A stretch of DNA of 64,000 nucleotides, taken from NCBI GenBank assembly GCA_963803595.1, contig CAWDNF010000019.1:23383-87382 (forward strand), in the 5' to 3' direction. This DNA is from an uncultured Solirubrobacterales bacterium (GTDB lineage Bacteria; Actinomycetota; Thermoleophilia; Solirubrobacterales; Solirubrobacteraceae). The stretch's first letter is position 1, and the number at the start of each line of letters is the position of its first letter. A model generated the notes under the pieces. The model saw nothing but the letters and a program-made list of their open reading frames with translations. It made no database searches and was not told the origin of the DNA. The position numbers were made by a program, and so were the translations under genes. This document shows, piece by piece, positions 8,988 through 17,669 of this stretch.

Positions 8988-11500
8988 ATCGACGGCTCCC
9001 GGACGAGGTCGGGGCTACGTAGCCGCATTCGGCTCTCGAGGTTGAGCGCGGCGAGCTCGCCCGGGCCGGTCGTCGCTGGCCCTTCGGCACCGCTGGGGCG
9101 CAGCAGGAGCATTCGCGGCGCTCCAGGCTCGAGCGAGAAGTATTGCTCCTGACATGTGAAGCCCGGCAAGCTCACCGTCACCCCATGTACGTAGCAGCGG
9201 CTAGCGACGTGTAGCCGGAGAGCTCCGTCGCCCTCCAGCCCGAGGCTCGCCTCGAGCCCCAGCTCGGCTGCGGTGCGTCTGCTGGCCGGACGCCCCGCGG
9301 GGAATCGGAACGCCTGCGAGAGCAACCCGCCCTCGTGCTCCAGGCTGGCCACGATCAAATCGTGCGGCGGGGGTCCGAAGCGGTAGGCCCATGAGGCGTC
9401 CACGAACCGGCCGAGGAGCGCTTCGGGGTCGTGGGTACGAGACTCGTGGGCCCCCAGATGGAGCTCGGTGTCAGCCCCGTCGACGCGAACTCCGTCGCGG
9501 TAGAAAGCCAGGCGCAGCCGCGCGTCGAGGGGCACCGGACGGTCGTTGGCGGCGTGTACCGCGATCCCGTTGAGGCCCTCGTCAGTCATCCATACGGCTA
9601 CCGGTGCCAGTGCCCGCCGGACGTAGTGATAGGCGGGCTTCGGCTCGGCGCGGTGATCGAGCAGGCCCCACCCGGCGCCGGGATGCAAGTCGGCTAGCCA
9701 GAGAATGATCGCTCCGGCGCAAGTCGAGTCCGCTCGGCGCCACTCACCGAGCACCTCGGCCATCACCTCGCCGGTGACGATTCGCCCGAGCTCGAGGTAG
9801 CGATCTGGTTCGACCCGGCGAAGCTCGGCCGGGTCGACGCCGTAGAGCAGGCGCAGGTAGTGGTCGCGGACGTCCTCGAAGTCCCATCCGGCTCCGACGT
9901 CCCGGGGAATGCCGGCTTTCCAACGCGCATCTTGGAGAGCGGGCGATCCGCCGGGTCCGGCCAGCTCGGCGAGTGCTTCTCGATCGGGAACGTTCGAGAA
10001 GGCCAGGCACTCGGCAGCGAACTTGACGGCGGCCAGGCGCGCGTCCTCGAGGGGGCGCATGTATCCGCCCACCCCGAAGTAGGAGGCCACGCCGCGGTCC
10101 GTGCGAAACGGGAGCGCGCCGCCCCAAGGCGCCGAGGGCACATAGACGGCCCCGAGCGAGGCCTCCTCGACCAGACGCGGGATCAGCTCGCCGAACAGGG
10201 GCCCGCTGGCCAGACTGGGGTCGAGCCCCACCATCGCCACCTGCTGGGCGACCTCGCTCGAGCCGCACACGACCGCCAGGCTCGGCCGCCGACCAAGAGC
10301 GGCGAGCACAGCACGAACCTCCTGCTCGACGGCTTCCATGAAGCCTGGGTCTGACTCGGGATAGTCGAGGTTGGCGAACATCAGGTCCTGCCAGACGAGG
10401 ATCCCGAGCTCGTCGCATAGATCGTGGAAATCGGCCGTCTCGTAGCACGCAGTGCCCGGGATCCGGACCATGTTCATACCGGCGGCGACGAGCTTCTCGA
10501 GGCGATCGCGGAGCTCGCCTGTCTCGGGAGGACGCAGCGCGCCGTGAAGCGGTGTCCACACCGCCCCCCGCGCAAACAGCTGGACCCCGTTGACGCGCAG
10601 AGCGAGGCCCTCTTCGAGCTCGCGCACCGGCTCGAGGGTGCGAAAGCCGACCCTCCCGAGCTCGACCCGCTCCCGGCCCAGGACGAGCGTCGCGTCGTAG
10701 AGCGGTGAGGGACCGTGCGTATGCGGCCACCAGAGCTCCGCCTGGCCGACGTCCAGCCCGCCCTTCACGTGGTCGGCGCCGAGCGACAGCTCGGCTCGAT
10801 GAACCGACCCGCCGGGACCCCGGAGCTCCAACTCTGCCCGCTCGGGCCGCGGGGCGCTTCCGATCGCGCGCAGGCGCGCCTTCAGCTCGACTCGGCCAGC
10901 GTGCCCCTGCACCCGCACGCGCAACACGACGTCCTCGACGGCCACGACCCGGCGACGAGCCACCCAGACCGCACGCCAGGGCCCGACCACAGGCGGGCCC
11001 GGGGCGAAGCCCGGTGCCCGCCCCATCAACATCGTCCGATAGAAGCGCAGATTTCCCGCCGCGAGTCGCGCGCGCCAGCGCGCGCGTGGCTTGCGACGCT
11101 CCGCGAGCCTGGGCGCCAGCGCGCGGCAGCACACGGCCACCCGGAGGGGGCCGCCGGCGAAGCCGCTGAGGTCGATCCGGTGGGCGGCGAACATCGACTC
11201 GCTGGTCAGCGCGAGCGTGTCGTCGAGGTAGACCTCGGCGAGGGTGGCGAGCCCGTCGAAGCACAGCGCGCTCTCTTCGTCGCCGGTGGACGGCGCCAGG
11301 TCGAGCTCGGTAAAGAACCACCAGTCGAGCGCGTCGGGGTCGCCGGAGGCATCCGACACTGAGCCCGGCACCGCGACCGGGAAGGTGGACAGGGTCCCGG
11401 CGGCCAGCTGGAGCGAGAGCTCGGCTGAGTCGGCTACGTGGCCGGGCTGAGTGCCCAGCGCGCGCCAGCCGAGCGTGAGCTGTGCCCGGCCACCGGTCAT
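8984..11500 (-). CDS. GH2 beta-mannosidase-like glycoside hydrolase
   Basis: FDGLATLAEV, LWWP, GMNMVR, DLCDELGILVWQD, CGSSE (acid/base), FAAE (nucleophile). ATG11500 overlaps the upstream stop. Confidence 0.85.
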   Translation of the reverse strand: MTGGRAQLTLGWRALGTQPGHVADSAELSLQLAAGTLSTFPVAVPGSVSDASGDPDALDWWFFTELDLAPSTGDEESALCFDGLATLAEVYLDDTLALTSESMFAAHRIDLSGFAGGPLRVAVCCRALAPRLAERRKPRARWRARLAAGNLRFYRTMLMGRAPGFAPGPPVVGPWRAVWVARRRVVAVEDVVLRVRVQGHAGRVELKARLRAIGSAPRPERAELELRGPGGSVHRAELSLGADHVKGGLDVGQAELWWPHTHGPSPLYDATLVLGRERVELGRVGFRTLEPVRELEEGLALRVNGVQLFARGAVWTPLHGALRPPETGELRDRLEKLVAAGMNMVRIPGTACYETADFHDLCDELGILVWQDLMFANLDYPESDPGFMEAVEQEVRAVLAALGRRPSLAVVCGSSEVAQQVAMVGLDPSLASGPLFGELIPRLVEEASLGAVYVPSAPWGGALPFRTDRGVASYFGVGGYMRPLEDARLAAVKFAAECLAFSNVPDREALAELAGPGGSPALQDARWKAGIPRDVGAGWDFEDVRDHYLRLLYGVDPAELRRVEPDRYLELGRIVTGEVMAEVLGEWRRADSTCAGAIILWLADLHPGAGWGLLDHRAEPKPAYHYVRRALAPVAVWMTDEGLNGIAVHAANDRPVPLDARLRLAFYRDGVRVDGADTELHLGAHESRTHDPEALLGRFVDASWAYRFGPPPHDLIVASLEHEGGLLSQAFRFPAGRPASRRTAAELGLEASLGLEGDGALRLHVASRCYVHGVTVSLPGFTCQEQYFSLEPGAPRMLLLRPSGAEGPATTGPGELAALNLESRMRLRSPDLVREPSI

Positions 11501-12456
11501 GCAGCCGCGGTCAACGCGTCGATGGCCCGCTCCCACGCACAGGCCAGCGCCTCGATCCGCGGCTCGAGCTCGAAGGCGCGACGCCGGGCCAGCCGGAACC
11601 CGAGTGCCTTGCATCCCGCGACGATTTCCTGGCAGGCCTCGGCGGCGGCACGGCCTTCGCGCCCCAGTAGCCATTGCGCGTGGCTGGCAAGGATCTCGAA
11701 CGCCGCACCGGCCATCCGCACCGTGGCGAAGGCATAGGCATGGAAGGCGTCGAGGCTGCCGGCAAGCAGCCCAGGCAGGACGTCGGCCAGCTGGAGCCCA
11801 AAGGACTCGAACGGGTTGCCATCAGGCCGGCGGCCGAGGTGACGATTGAGGAGTCCGCGGGCGGCCGAGCGAAGCTCGTCGCCCACGAGCGGAGGAACGT
11901 CGAAGCGGACGAGCTCGGTATAGGGAGGCAGGACGTCGGGCAGCAGCTCATCCCCGAGCCGGAAGCAGCCGCGGTAGTCCTCCCCGGAGAGCTCGTACAG
12001 CCCGAGGCCGTGGAAGTAGCGGAACCTCTCGGCCTCCGGATCGATCGCCTCGGCAGCCACCGAGCTTTTGACGTGAGCTGTTCGGTAGCTGGTGGCCGCG
12101 GTGTCGGGCAGGTAGAAGGAGTCGAGCTCGACGATCATCGTCCTGCCCGCCGCCAGTTGCTCTGAGATCTGGTCTGGCAGCAGGCGGTAGGGCTGCATCT
12201 CGTGGATGTCGATCCCGTAGAGGAGCTCGAGGTCCTCAGGCGGTGGCTTGAAGAAGGTCCACTGGTCTCCCTCGAAATCCATCCGCACCAGGTGGCCGAA
12301 GGTCGCGAGCGGCTCGTACCCGCGAGCGTGCAAGAGCTCGATCAGGATGTCGCTGTAACAGTTGCTTTCCGGGTAGTTCCGCTCCGGGGAGTGGAGCAGG
12401 TGGGAGCGATAGGTCGCGGGATCGTGCCCCGTGCACGTCGGGACAGTCAGGCTCAT
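11497..12456 (-). CDS. DUF1839-family protein
   Basis: NCYxD, DFEGDQWTFFKP, DSFYLPDT, HVKS, LPPYTE; typical neighbour of amino acid:carrier-protein ligases. Confidence 0.8.
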   Translation of the reverse strand: MSLTVPTCTGHDPATYRSHLLHSPERNYPESNCYSDILIELLHARGYEPLATFGHLVRMDFEGDQWTFFKPPPEDLELLYGIDIHEMQPYRLLPDQISEQLAAGRTMIVELDSFYLPDTAATSYRTAHVKSSVAAEAIDPEAERFRYFHGLGLYELSGEDYRGCFRLGDELLPDVLPPYTELVRFDVPPLVGDELRSAARGLLNRHLGRRPDGNPFESFGLQLADVLPGLLAGSLDAFHAYAFATVRMAGAAFEILASHAQWLLGREGRAAAEACQEIVAGCKALGFRLARRRAFELEPRIEALACAWERAIDALTAAA

Positions 12457-13382
12457 AGCTCGAGCTCCCGCTGGACCGTGCTGGGCCAGGCCTCGGGATC
12501 AAGCCCGTGGCGGTAGAGCAGGGCGAGCACGATCCGCTCGTGGCCGAACCCCGCGCACGAGGTGTGGGCCATCTCGCCGCCTTCGAGCTCGAGGCCGTAG
12601 ACCTGGCTGAAGTGATGCTGATGGTGGTTGAACGAGGCGACCGCGGTGGGCGCCTCCCCTCCGATGTCCACCACCAGCTCGAACTTGAGCGCCTGTTCGC
12701 GCTGGCCCGCTGCGAGCATCCGCCCACGGCGACCGAAGAAGGGATCGGAGGCGTTGTCGAGCGAGGGGTCGAGCTCGAGCCTGCCGAGCACCTCGAGGCC
12801 GCGCTGCGCCCACTCATCGCGCCAGGCCAGGACGGTGCTCGGCTCCCCGATCCTGACCAGCTCGTGCTGGTGGAAGATCTGGCGGCGCGCCGGATCGTGC
12901 GAGGGCTCGTGCCGGAACACCCAGGACCCGCCGGCGTCGACGAACACGCCGCCGGGGCAGACAGGACCCCGGGCGGCAACCGCGGGATAGACCGGATAGC
13001 AGGCGGCCGGCGTGAGCACAAGGTCGGTCATCCGCTGGAACTCGCCCCAGTCCTCATGGCGGTCCGCGCGCTTGGCCTGGAGCTCAGCCTCGCGCTCTGA
13101 GCCTTCGAACGCGTACACGGTTCCGGCCAGGTGCGGGAAGGATGAGAGGTAGCCGTTCTCTTCGAGCTGGCGGCGAGGGACGACGGGCGGGAAGCGCATG
13201 CGGATCGCCCCGCCCAGCTGAGCCTCGCGGGTGAGGAGGCGGTCGAGCCCGCTGCGAACCTCCTCGAAGACCTGATTGTGACCGTAGACGCCCGGCACGC
13301 CTGAGGCGATCAGCAGCCCCCGCTCGAGCAGCCGGGAGAGAAAGGCAGCCTGATCGGCGCTCGCCTCCCGCGTAGCCGTCAC
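12453..13382 (-). CDS. Amino acid--[acyl-carrier-protein] ligase (truncated SerRS homologue)
   Basis: GYLSSFPHL, PAACYP, motif 2 FRHEPS.DPAR, motif 3 CAGFGHER; no tRNA-binding domain (309 aa). Confidence 0.9.
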   Translation of the reverse strand: MTATREASADQAAFLSRLLERGLLIASGVPGVYGHNQVFEEVRSGLDRLLTREAQLGGAIRMRFPPVVPRRQLEENGYLSSFPHLAGTVYAFEGSEREAELQAKRADRHEDWGEFQRMTDLVLTPAACYPVYPAVAARGPVCPGGVFVDAGGSWVFRHEPSHDPARRQIFHQHELVRIGEPSTVLAWRDEWAQRGLEVLGRLELDPSLDNASDPFFGRRGRMLAAGQREQALKFELVVDIGGEAPTAVASFNHHQHHFSQVYGLELEGGEMAHTSCAGFGHERIVLALLYRHGLDPEAWPSTVQRELEL

Positions 13383-13385
13383 GGC

Positions 13386-14561
13386 TTACACCTCCTTGGA
13401 GATCATCAAGAGGCCGGCGTCCACGGTATGGATGCGCTCGTTGGCCACCATCAGACGAGCCGACAGCGCGTCGCGCAGATGACGGCCGACGGTGAACGGC
13501 GAGTCGTTCTTGTAAGCGGCGATCCCGATCACCTCGAGCACGGCTTGGCAGACTCGCGGCGCCTGCTCGGAGGCGGCCAGCTTGAGGTTGTTGAAGCGGA
13601 GCACGCTGGCCATCGTCGATAGACGCTCGCGGTCCTCGGTCTCATCTGCCGAGATGAAGTCCCGCAAACCGGCCTCCACCTCGGCCCTCAGCAGGGCGAG
13701 TTCACTCATCACACGGGACAGGCTGTGGGCGGCGGGCACCGGCTGGCCCGGCTTGCTCTTGGCGGCAGCTCGGACGAAGGCCCGTCCGCGCTCGAACGCT
13801 TCGGTGGCGATGCCGAGCCAGACGTGGGACCAGAGGATGTGGGAGACGGGGACCATCGACTCGGTGGCGACCCGGGCAAACGGTGCGGCCAGCACCTGGT
13901 CCTCCGCGAACCGGGCACGTACGGTGAACCCAGGCGAGCACGTCCCGCGCATGCCAAGCGTGTCCCACACTCCGGCGGCCTCGAGCTCGGTCTGGTCGGA
14001 CGAGGTCAGAACGAGCACCTGATCGCCTGGCTCGGCGTCGGGTGCACGGCGGGCGGTGGTCAGAAGGTCGTCGGCGTAGGCGCCATAGGAGACGGTGGGC
14101 GCCTGCTTGACGAACGAGCACACGCCGTCGCCGGCGGGCTCGACGGCGGCGATCGACCGTCCCATGTCTCCCCCAGTGCCGATCTCCGAGGTCACCGAGG
14201 CGATCAGCCGCTGCTCGGCGCACAATCTGGTCAGGTAGTCCTCGAACCATGGCGAGCCATCGAGGTGGCGCGCGATCGTGACCACCTGGATCTGGTGCAT
14301 GGCGAACACCATCGCGACGGCCGAGCACGAGCGCCCGAGCTCGTAGCACGTGGTGGCCACGGCCTCGAATGAGACTCCGCCGCCTCCCAGCCGCTCGGGA
14401 ACGTAGGCGGAGAGAAGCTCTGCGTCACGCAGCGACGCGACGGCCTCGGACGGGAACCGGGCGTCCCGATCGACGTCGTCGGCGTGGAGGACGGCGACCT
14501 CTCGCGCGATCTGACCCGCCAGCGTCACGAACGCCTCGTCCCGACTGAGCGTGACGCTCAC
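13386..14561 (-). CDS. Acyl-CoA/acyl-ACP dehydrogenase
   Basis: DVDRDARFP, SE.G.GGD, WDTLGMRGTCS, LRD. Confidence 0.88.
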   Translation of the reverse strand: MSVTLSRDEAFVTLAGQIAREVAVLHADDVDRDARFPSEAVASLRDAELLSAYVPERLGGGGVSFEAVATTCYELGRSCSAVAMVFAMHQIQVVTIARHLDGSPWFEDYLTRLCAEQRLIASVTSEIGTGGDMGRSIAAVEPAGDGVCSFVKQAPTVSYGAYADDLLTTARRAPDAEPGDQVLVLTSSDQTELEAAGVWDTLGMRGTCSPGFTVRARFAEDQVLAAPFARVATESMVPVSHILWSHVWLGIATEAFERGRAFVRAAAKSKPGQPVPAAHSLSRVMSELALLRAEVEAGLRDFISADETEDRERLSTMASVLRFNNLKLAASEQAPRVCQAVLEVIGIAAYKNDSPFTVGRHLRDALSARLMVANERIHTVDAGLLMISKEV

Positions 14562-14818
14562 GCCGCCTCCCGTGTCAGCTCCTGCACGGCGAGGGCAATC
14601 GAGCCGACACTCTCGAACACGCTGCGGGTCAGCATGTTGTCGGGGAACTCGATGTCAAAGGCGTCTTCCAGCGCGAGCATCACGCTCACGCTGGCGTGGG
14701 AGGTCATCCCGGCTCCGAACAGATCGGCGCCGTCAGCAAGGGAGTCGACGTCGACGGGAAGCCGTCCGTGCTCCCGGATGACATTGCGGATCTCGCTGCC
14801 GATGGGATCGATCATCAC
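14558..14818 (-). CDS. Acyl/aminoacyl carrier protein
   Basis: 86 aa acidic protein, DLFGAGMTSHASV (Ppant Ser), LEDAFDIEFPD. Confidence 0.9.
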   Translation of the reverse strand: MMIDPIGSEIRNVIREHGRLPVDVDSLADGADLFGAGMTSHASVSVMLALEDAFDIEFPDNMLTRSVFESVGSIALAVQELTREAA

Positions 14819-15228
14819 TCTTCCTTGGACTCGTCCTGGTCACGGTGGGCGATGACCACCGCAGCGGCAAGGGCTCCCCTTCCGGCCATGCTGACCTGAA
14901 GGTGCGAGATGCCTCTTTGCCGGGCTAGCTCATCGGCCAGACCCGTGAGCTTTATCGACGGCCGTCCCGACTCACTTGAGACGACGCAGATGCATTGCCA
15001 CGGTATCGGCTCCGGGCCTGGGGCGAGTGCCTTGATCGCCGCCTCCTTGAGGGCGAAGCGGGTGGCCAGGCAGCGGACGCTCCCGCCACACTCGGCAAGC
15101 TCGCCGTCGGTGAAGATCCGCTGTAGGTAGCGCTCACCGAAGCGACCGATCGACTCCTCGACCTCCTCGACACACACGAGATCGATGCCTACCCCCACGA
15201 GCGGGGCGGGCTGGGGTGAGGCGGTCAC
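14815..15228 (-). other. acpS: AcpS-type phosphopantetheinyl transferase domain (possibly an independent gene from GTG15228)
   Basis: VGVGIDLV, RIFTDGE, RFALKEA, SGRP. Confidence 0.8.
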
Positions 15229-16437
15229 CCGACTGGAGGCTGAGATGGACAGGCGGCGTAAGTCTCGGGCGACGCTGCGGGCTGCGAAGCCCGACCCGTA
15301 GACGAAGCGCATCACGGGCCCGAAGCTCGCAGCCGCCGCGAGCCCGACAAAGGACACACCGGGCACCGAGGACTCGAAGCCGCGGCGCAGGACGGGCGAG
15401 CCATCCACCAGCTCGAGACGAGCCACCAGCCCGGAGTCCAGAAAGTCGAGGCGGCTGACGTCGACCCGGTAGCCGGTTGCGGCCACGACGTGGTCGACTG
15501 CGAGCTCCTGGGCCTGGCCGTCCGCCGCGCGCAGGCGCAGGCGCACTCCGTCGCCGTCACTGGCGGCAGCCTCGAGCCGGCAACCCAGGAGGACCGGGAC
15601 CGATCGCTCGAACGCCTCCCTCAGCCACCACGCGCCGGCCGGTCCGAGCGTCTCGCGCACCAGCCGGAGGCGGCGCTGCACTGGAAGGCGACGGAAGACC
15701 TGGGGCAGCTCGGAGTAGAAGAGCACGCGCCAGCCTGGGCCGAGCCCGGACGTGGGCGCGCGCAAGCGCGCGCGCAGCGGGCGGACAGGCCCGGGCGGGA
15801 CGGGGTTCCAGACGAGCGCGTCGGTGCGCGCGACCAGCGTCGGGTGGGCCCCGGCGCGCTCTAGCAGGACCGCCGTTTCAAGCGCAGATTGACCCGCCCC
15901 CAGCACGGCAACCCGGCGCCCGTCCAGCGGCGCCGGCTCGCCGTAGGCCGAGGAGTGGCTCACCACCCCCTCCGGCAGTGCGCGCAGCTCCGGCGGCAGT
16001 TGGGCGAAGCTGAGGTGACCGGCCGCAACGACGACCGCCGCCGCGCGGAACCTCTCGCCCGTCTCGAGTTCGACCTCGAAGCCGAGGCCATCGGCTGCGG
16101 CGACTCGACGAACGGATGTCTCCTCGAGATCCGATACGAGTGCGCGGGCGAACCACAGCCCGTATTCGGAGAAGGTCTCGAGCTCCACGGGCTCCAGGGT
16201 GGCTGGGTCGCGGCCGCTCTCGCGGTAGAACGCCTCGAGCGAGTACGCACCCGCCGGATCGGAAATGCTCGAGGCGGGGAGCTCTGACTTCAGGCGCATG
16301 CCCGCAGGCATGTTCTCCCGCCAACTCGACATCGGCTCGCCGAAGATGCGGAACGGAACCCGGCGCGCCCGTAGGTGTGCGGCCAAGGCGAGTCCGTATG
16401 GCCCGGCCCCCACGATCGCTACCGGATCGGATCTCAT
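14815..16437 (-). CDS. FAD/NAD(P)-dependent oxidoreductase in frame with a C-terminal holo-ACP synthase domain
   Basis: GAGPYG, GAGQSA and ATGY flavoprotein motifs, then GIDLV...RFALKEAAIKAL. ATG16437 overlaps the upstream stop. Confidence 0.85.
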   Translation of the reverse strand: MRSDPVAIVGAGPYGLALAAHLRARRVPFRIFGEPMSSWRENMPAGMRLKSELPASSISDPAGAYSLEAFYRESGRDPATLEPVELETFSEYGLWFARALVSDLEETSVRRVAAADGLGFEVELETGERFRAAAVVVAAGHLSFAQLPPELRALPEGVVSHSSAYGEPAPLDGRRVAVLGAGQSALETAVLLERAGAHPTLVARTDALVWNPVPPGPVRPLRARLRAPTSGLGPGWRVLFYSELPQVFRRLPVQRRLRLVRETLGPAGAWWLREAFERSVPVLLGCRLEAAASDGDGVRLRLRAADGQAQELAVDHVVAATGYRVDVSRLDFLDSGLVARLELVDGSPVLRRGFESSVPGVSFVGLAAAASFGPVMRFVYGSGFAARSVARDLRRLSISASSRVTASPQPAPLVGVGIDLVCVEEVEESIGRFGERYLQRIFTDGELAECGGSVRCLATRFALKEAAIKALAPGPEPIPWQCICVVSSESGRPSIKLTGLADELARQRGISHLQVSMAGRGALAAAVVIAHRDQDESKEE

Positions 16438-17669
16438 CGTTCGCCCCCTCCGCGCCTGCTCACGAACACATCCCTGATCAGGCCGGTGATGAAAGCACCA
16501 CCGGCTATCACCGCGGGGAGTGGGTCGCGCGCGCCGAGGTAGTCGTAGCCACTCGGGCGCAGGAAGTCGAGCGTGAAGCGGGCCAGGGCGGCCGCCGGCC
16601 GTTCGGCGTCGGGACCTCCGGCGCCCCCTACCACCTCGCGCAGGCGCCGGATGTCGCCTCCCAGCCAACGCATCCGCAGCCCGGTCCGATAGGGCCCAGC
16701 GGCGTCAACAGCATGCCCGGTCGCCCACTGATAGACGAGGAAGGGAAAGTCGATTCCGCAGCGCACCGCGATCTCGACCGACGCCGACAGCCGGGGGTTG
16801 ATCTCCATCAGCACGGGAACCCCGTCGCGGGTGCGGCGAAATTCGATCTCGCAGTAGCCGTCAAGCTCGCAAGCTCCAGCCAGCTGCTCGGCCGCCGCCG
16901 TCGAGTCCGGGGGGAGCGCGATGCTCTGTCGGAGGACCGAGCTGCCCCCCTGGGGTGGATACATGCGCTCGGCAACCTGGGCAAAGCGCGCCTTTACCCG
17001 TCCATGGTCCCGCAGGAGGCTGACCGCTTCCCGCCGCCCGGGAACCCACTCCTGCACGATGGGCTCAGCCCCCACCGCCCACATGGCTTCGAGCGCTCGC
17101 ATCGTTTCGTTCTCCGAGCTTGCGGGTTGCGGCGCCAGCCGAAAGCCGCCTGATCCCGTGACGTACCACGATTTCGCCGGCTTGACCATCAGCGGGAGGC
17201 CGACTTCGGCCAGTGCCGCTTGAACGTCGGCGCCAGGTGCGAGCCGGACGCTGCGCGGCACGCGGATCCCGAGCTCGGAGGCCAGGCCCAGGGTTCGCCG
17301 CTTGTCGATCGCCGCTTGAAGCGCCCGCTCGCCTGGCAGGGCGAGGCGGGCGTGACGCTCGAGCTCTGCCCGCCGTGGCCGCAGGGCCTCGATCGATCCG
17401 TCGCTCACCGTGATCACAGCCCGTGCCCCGAGCTCCTGCGCCCGCCGGATGACGGCGGCAGCAAAGCGGCCTGAGTCCGCCGCGGGATCGGGGATCACGC
17501 CGCTCGCGCTACAGCCACGCGAGTGGAGTGCCGGGGAGCTCCCGCGGTAGCCGAGCGCGGCCACGACAACCCCATGGCGGGCAAGGCTGCGCACGGTGAC
17601 CAGGCTGTGGCGCTCCGAGGCATCGAGGACGAGCGCCTCGGCCCCTGAGCGGGACCGGCCCTGCCTCAA
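16434..17669 (-). CDS. ATP-grasp (carboxylate-amine ligase) protein
   Basis: DK, LPLMVKP, IVQEWVPG, EIEFR, LMEINPR. TTG17669 overlaps the GT2 stop (TTGA). Confidence 0.85.
   Translation of the reverse strand: MRQGRSRSGAEALVLDASERHSLVTVRSLARHGVVVAALGYRGSSPALHSRGCSASGVIPDPAADSGRFAAAVIRRAQELGARAVITVSDGSIEALRPRRAELERHARLALPGERALQAAIDKRRTLGLASELGIRVPRSVRLAPGADVQAALAEVGLPLMVKPAKSWYVTGSGGFRLAPQPASSENETMRALEAMWAVGAEPIVQEWVPGRREAVSLLRDHGRVKARFAQVAERMYPPQGGSSVLRQSIALPPDSTAAAEQLAGACELDGYCEIEFRRTRDGVPVLMEINPRLSASVEIAVRCGIDFPFLVYQWATGHAVDAAGPYRTGLRMRWLGGDIRRLREVVGGAGGPDAERPAAALARFTLDFLRPSGYDYLGARDPLPAVIAGGAFITGLIRDVFVSRRGGGER

Noticed and set aside
9744-11321. Long alternative-frame and antisense ORFs here and across the window
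   Set aside because: Arg/Pro/Ala-rich shadows expected in high-GC DNA, overlapping well-supported genes, with no motifs.
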